NCBI GenBank assembly: GCA_964625745.1
Contig: CAZVCJ010000005.1
Span: forward strand, 6,514 to 67,100
DNA: 60,587 nt
Origin: an uncultured Anaerolineae bacterium
GTDB lineage: Bacteria > Chloroflexota > Anaerolineae > VGOG01
Reading direction: 5' to 3'
The translations under genes and the position numbers were made by a program. Below, in pieces: positions 59,305 through 60,587 of this stretch (its first letter is position 1; the number at the start of each line of letters is the position of its first letter). The notes below the pieces were generated by a model. The model ran no database searches. It was not told the origin of the DNA and saw only the letters and a program-made list of their open reading frames with translations.

Positions 59305-60420
59305 TTGCGCGTTCACTCAACCGGCGATACAAACGAAAGTGATTGGAATTCCTTCGTGGCCGCATCCCCTGTGGGTCACGTCCTGCAATCGAGCCAGTGG
59401 GGCCAACTGAAGGAAAGATTCGGCTGGCAGGTCGCTCACCTGGCCATCGAGGATCGAGGCCAATGGCGGGCCAGCGCCCAGGTGCTCTTCCGCCCCCTGG
59501 GTCCTCAGACCATCGCCTATGTGCCCAAAGGGCCCATCACAGACTGGGCCGATGCAGAGGCGACCCAGGCTCTGCTGGAGGCTCTGCACCAGCTTTGCCG
59601 CCAGCGCCGCGCCATCTTCCTCAAGATCGAGCCAGACCTGACCGAAGACCGTTCGGCTGAGACTTCGTCGAGCTCAGTCGAGACGCGCTCACGGCAAAGC
59701 CCCACCCTGGCCCAACGCCTCACAGAACTGGGCTTTCGCGTCAGCCCACAGACCATCCAACCTCGATGCACCATCCTGTTGGATCTGACACCCAAGCCCG
59801 AAGCCATCCTGGCCCGCATGAAATCCAAGACCCGCTACAATATTCGACTGTCGGGGCGCAAAGGCGTAACCGTGCGTGAGGGCACGGCTGAGGACTTGCC
59901 CGGCTTCTACCATCTGATGCGGACTACTGGCGAGCGTGATGGTTTCGGAATCCACAGCGAGTCATATTACGAGACCGCCTACCAGCTTTTCGTACCCCAG
60001 GGCCTGGCTAAACTCTTCCTGGCGACTTTTGAAGACCAGGTTTTAGGCGGGATAATGGCTTTTGCCTTTGGCCGAAGGGCCTGGTACATGTACGGTGCCT
60101 CGTCCGACGAACACCGCAACCTCATGCCTAACCACCTCCTCCAGTGGGAGGCCATCAAATGGGCCAGGAAACGCGGCTGCCTGACCTATGATTTGTGGGG
60201 CATCCCCGATGAAGAAGAGGAGGTACTGGAAAAGGAGTTCCTGAAGCGGAGCGATGGCTTGTGGGGAGTCTATCGCTTCAAACGAGGCCTTGGTGGCCAG
60301 GTGGTGCGCTACCTGGGCGCCTACGACTACGTTTATTCACCATTACTGTACTGGCTTTACAACAAAGTAGTGAGTTACAGGCAAGGTAGAGGAAGCCCGA
60401 GGCTGAAGCCATCGGGCTAA
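59305..60420 (+). CDS. FemAB-family peptidoglycan interpeptide-bridge aminoacyltransferase
   Basis: DWNSFV...GHVLQSSQWGQLKERFGW N-terminus and WEAIKWARKRGCLTYDLWG C-region. TTG start after GAGGAAGGG. Extended -10 TGGTATAAT at 59264-59272. Confidence 0.75.
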   Translation: MRVHSTGDTNESDWNSFVAASPVGHVLQSSQWGQLKERFGWQVAHLAIEDRGQWRASAQVLFRPLGPQTIAYVPKGPITDWADAEATQALLEALHQLCRQRRAIFLKIEPDLTEDRSAETSSSSVETRSRQSPTLAQRLTELGFRVSPQTIQPRCTILLDLTPKPEAILARMKSKTRYNIRLSGRKGVTVREGTAEDLPGFYHLMRTTGERDGFGIHSESYYETAYQLFVPQGLAKLFLATFEDQVLGGIMAFAFGRRAWYMYGASSDEHRNLMPNHLLQWEAIKWARKRGCLTYDLWGIPDEEEEVLEKEFLKRSDGLWGVYRFKRGLGGQVVRYLGAYDYVYSPLLYWLYNKVVSYRQGRGSPRLKPSG

Positions 60421-60587
60421 AAGAGCAAAGCCCCCTTCGGCAGGCTCAGGACACCGCTTCGGGCTGGTCATTCCTGGCCCTGTAGGGGCTTCGTTCTCTC
60501 AGCGCGGGGATTCAGCGCTTGGCGAGCCAAACCAGGATACCGGCAAAGTGCGAGTAACTGAGGTAACAGAGCGCAATCTTTGGAACG

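Overview
High-GC (about 60%) bacterial chromosomal window, gene content and GGAGG-type RBSs consistent with a Chloroflexota-like organism (not provable from sequence alone). All family calls come from motif recognition in the supplied translations; no searches were run.

Housekeeping backbone:
- a serine-pathway cluster, an aspartate aminotransferase, mnmE, thrC, sbcC, nth and murE
- two membrane pyrophosphatase paralogs flanking a two-component block
- an F0-only atp operon
- a 14-gene-slot nuo operon lacking nuoEFG

Four accessory regions are embedded in this backbone:
1. 3.7-15.6 kb is a defence island. It holds a large type IIG/PglX-like N6-adenine methyltransferase and a PLD-SNF2 helicase-nuclease. 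These are separated by a mosaic of AT-richer cassettes: an unknown cytosolic protein plus a 4-TM protein, a PD-(D/E)xK-EVE nuclease, and a PIN/AbrB toxin-antitoxin pair. The cassettes are delimited by three copies of a module made of the methyltransferase 3' tail, a long hairpin and a second tail.
2. 31.6-34.0 kb looks like an integrase-less integron cassette array. It has a consensus promoter, attI-like direct repeats and three attC-bounded cassettes encoding a TIR protein, a DUF429-like nuclease and a membrane-anchored protein.
3. Toxin-antitoxin cassettes sit behind duplicated gene 3' ends (sbcC) or duplicated promoter-leader modules (DUF433/DUF5615).
4. A RAYT (IS200-like) gene lies in GTAG-REP clusters.

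A family of G/C-rich palindromic elements is also inserted in frame into nuoL, two histidine kinases and a DUF2723 membrane protein. Foreign small ORFs interrupt the nuo operon at two positions.
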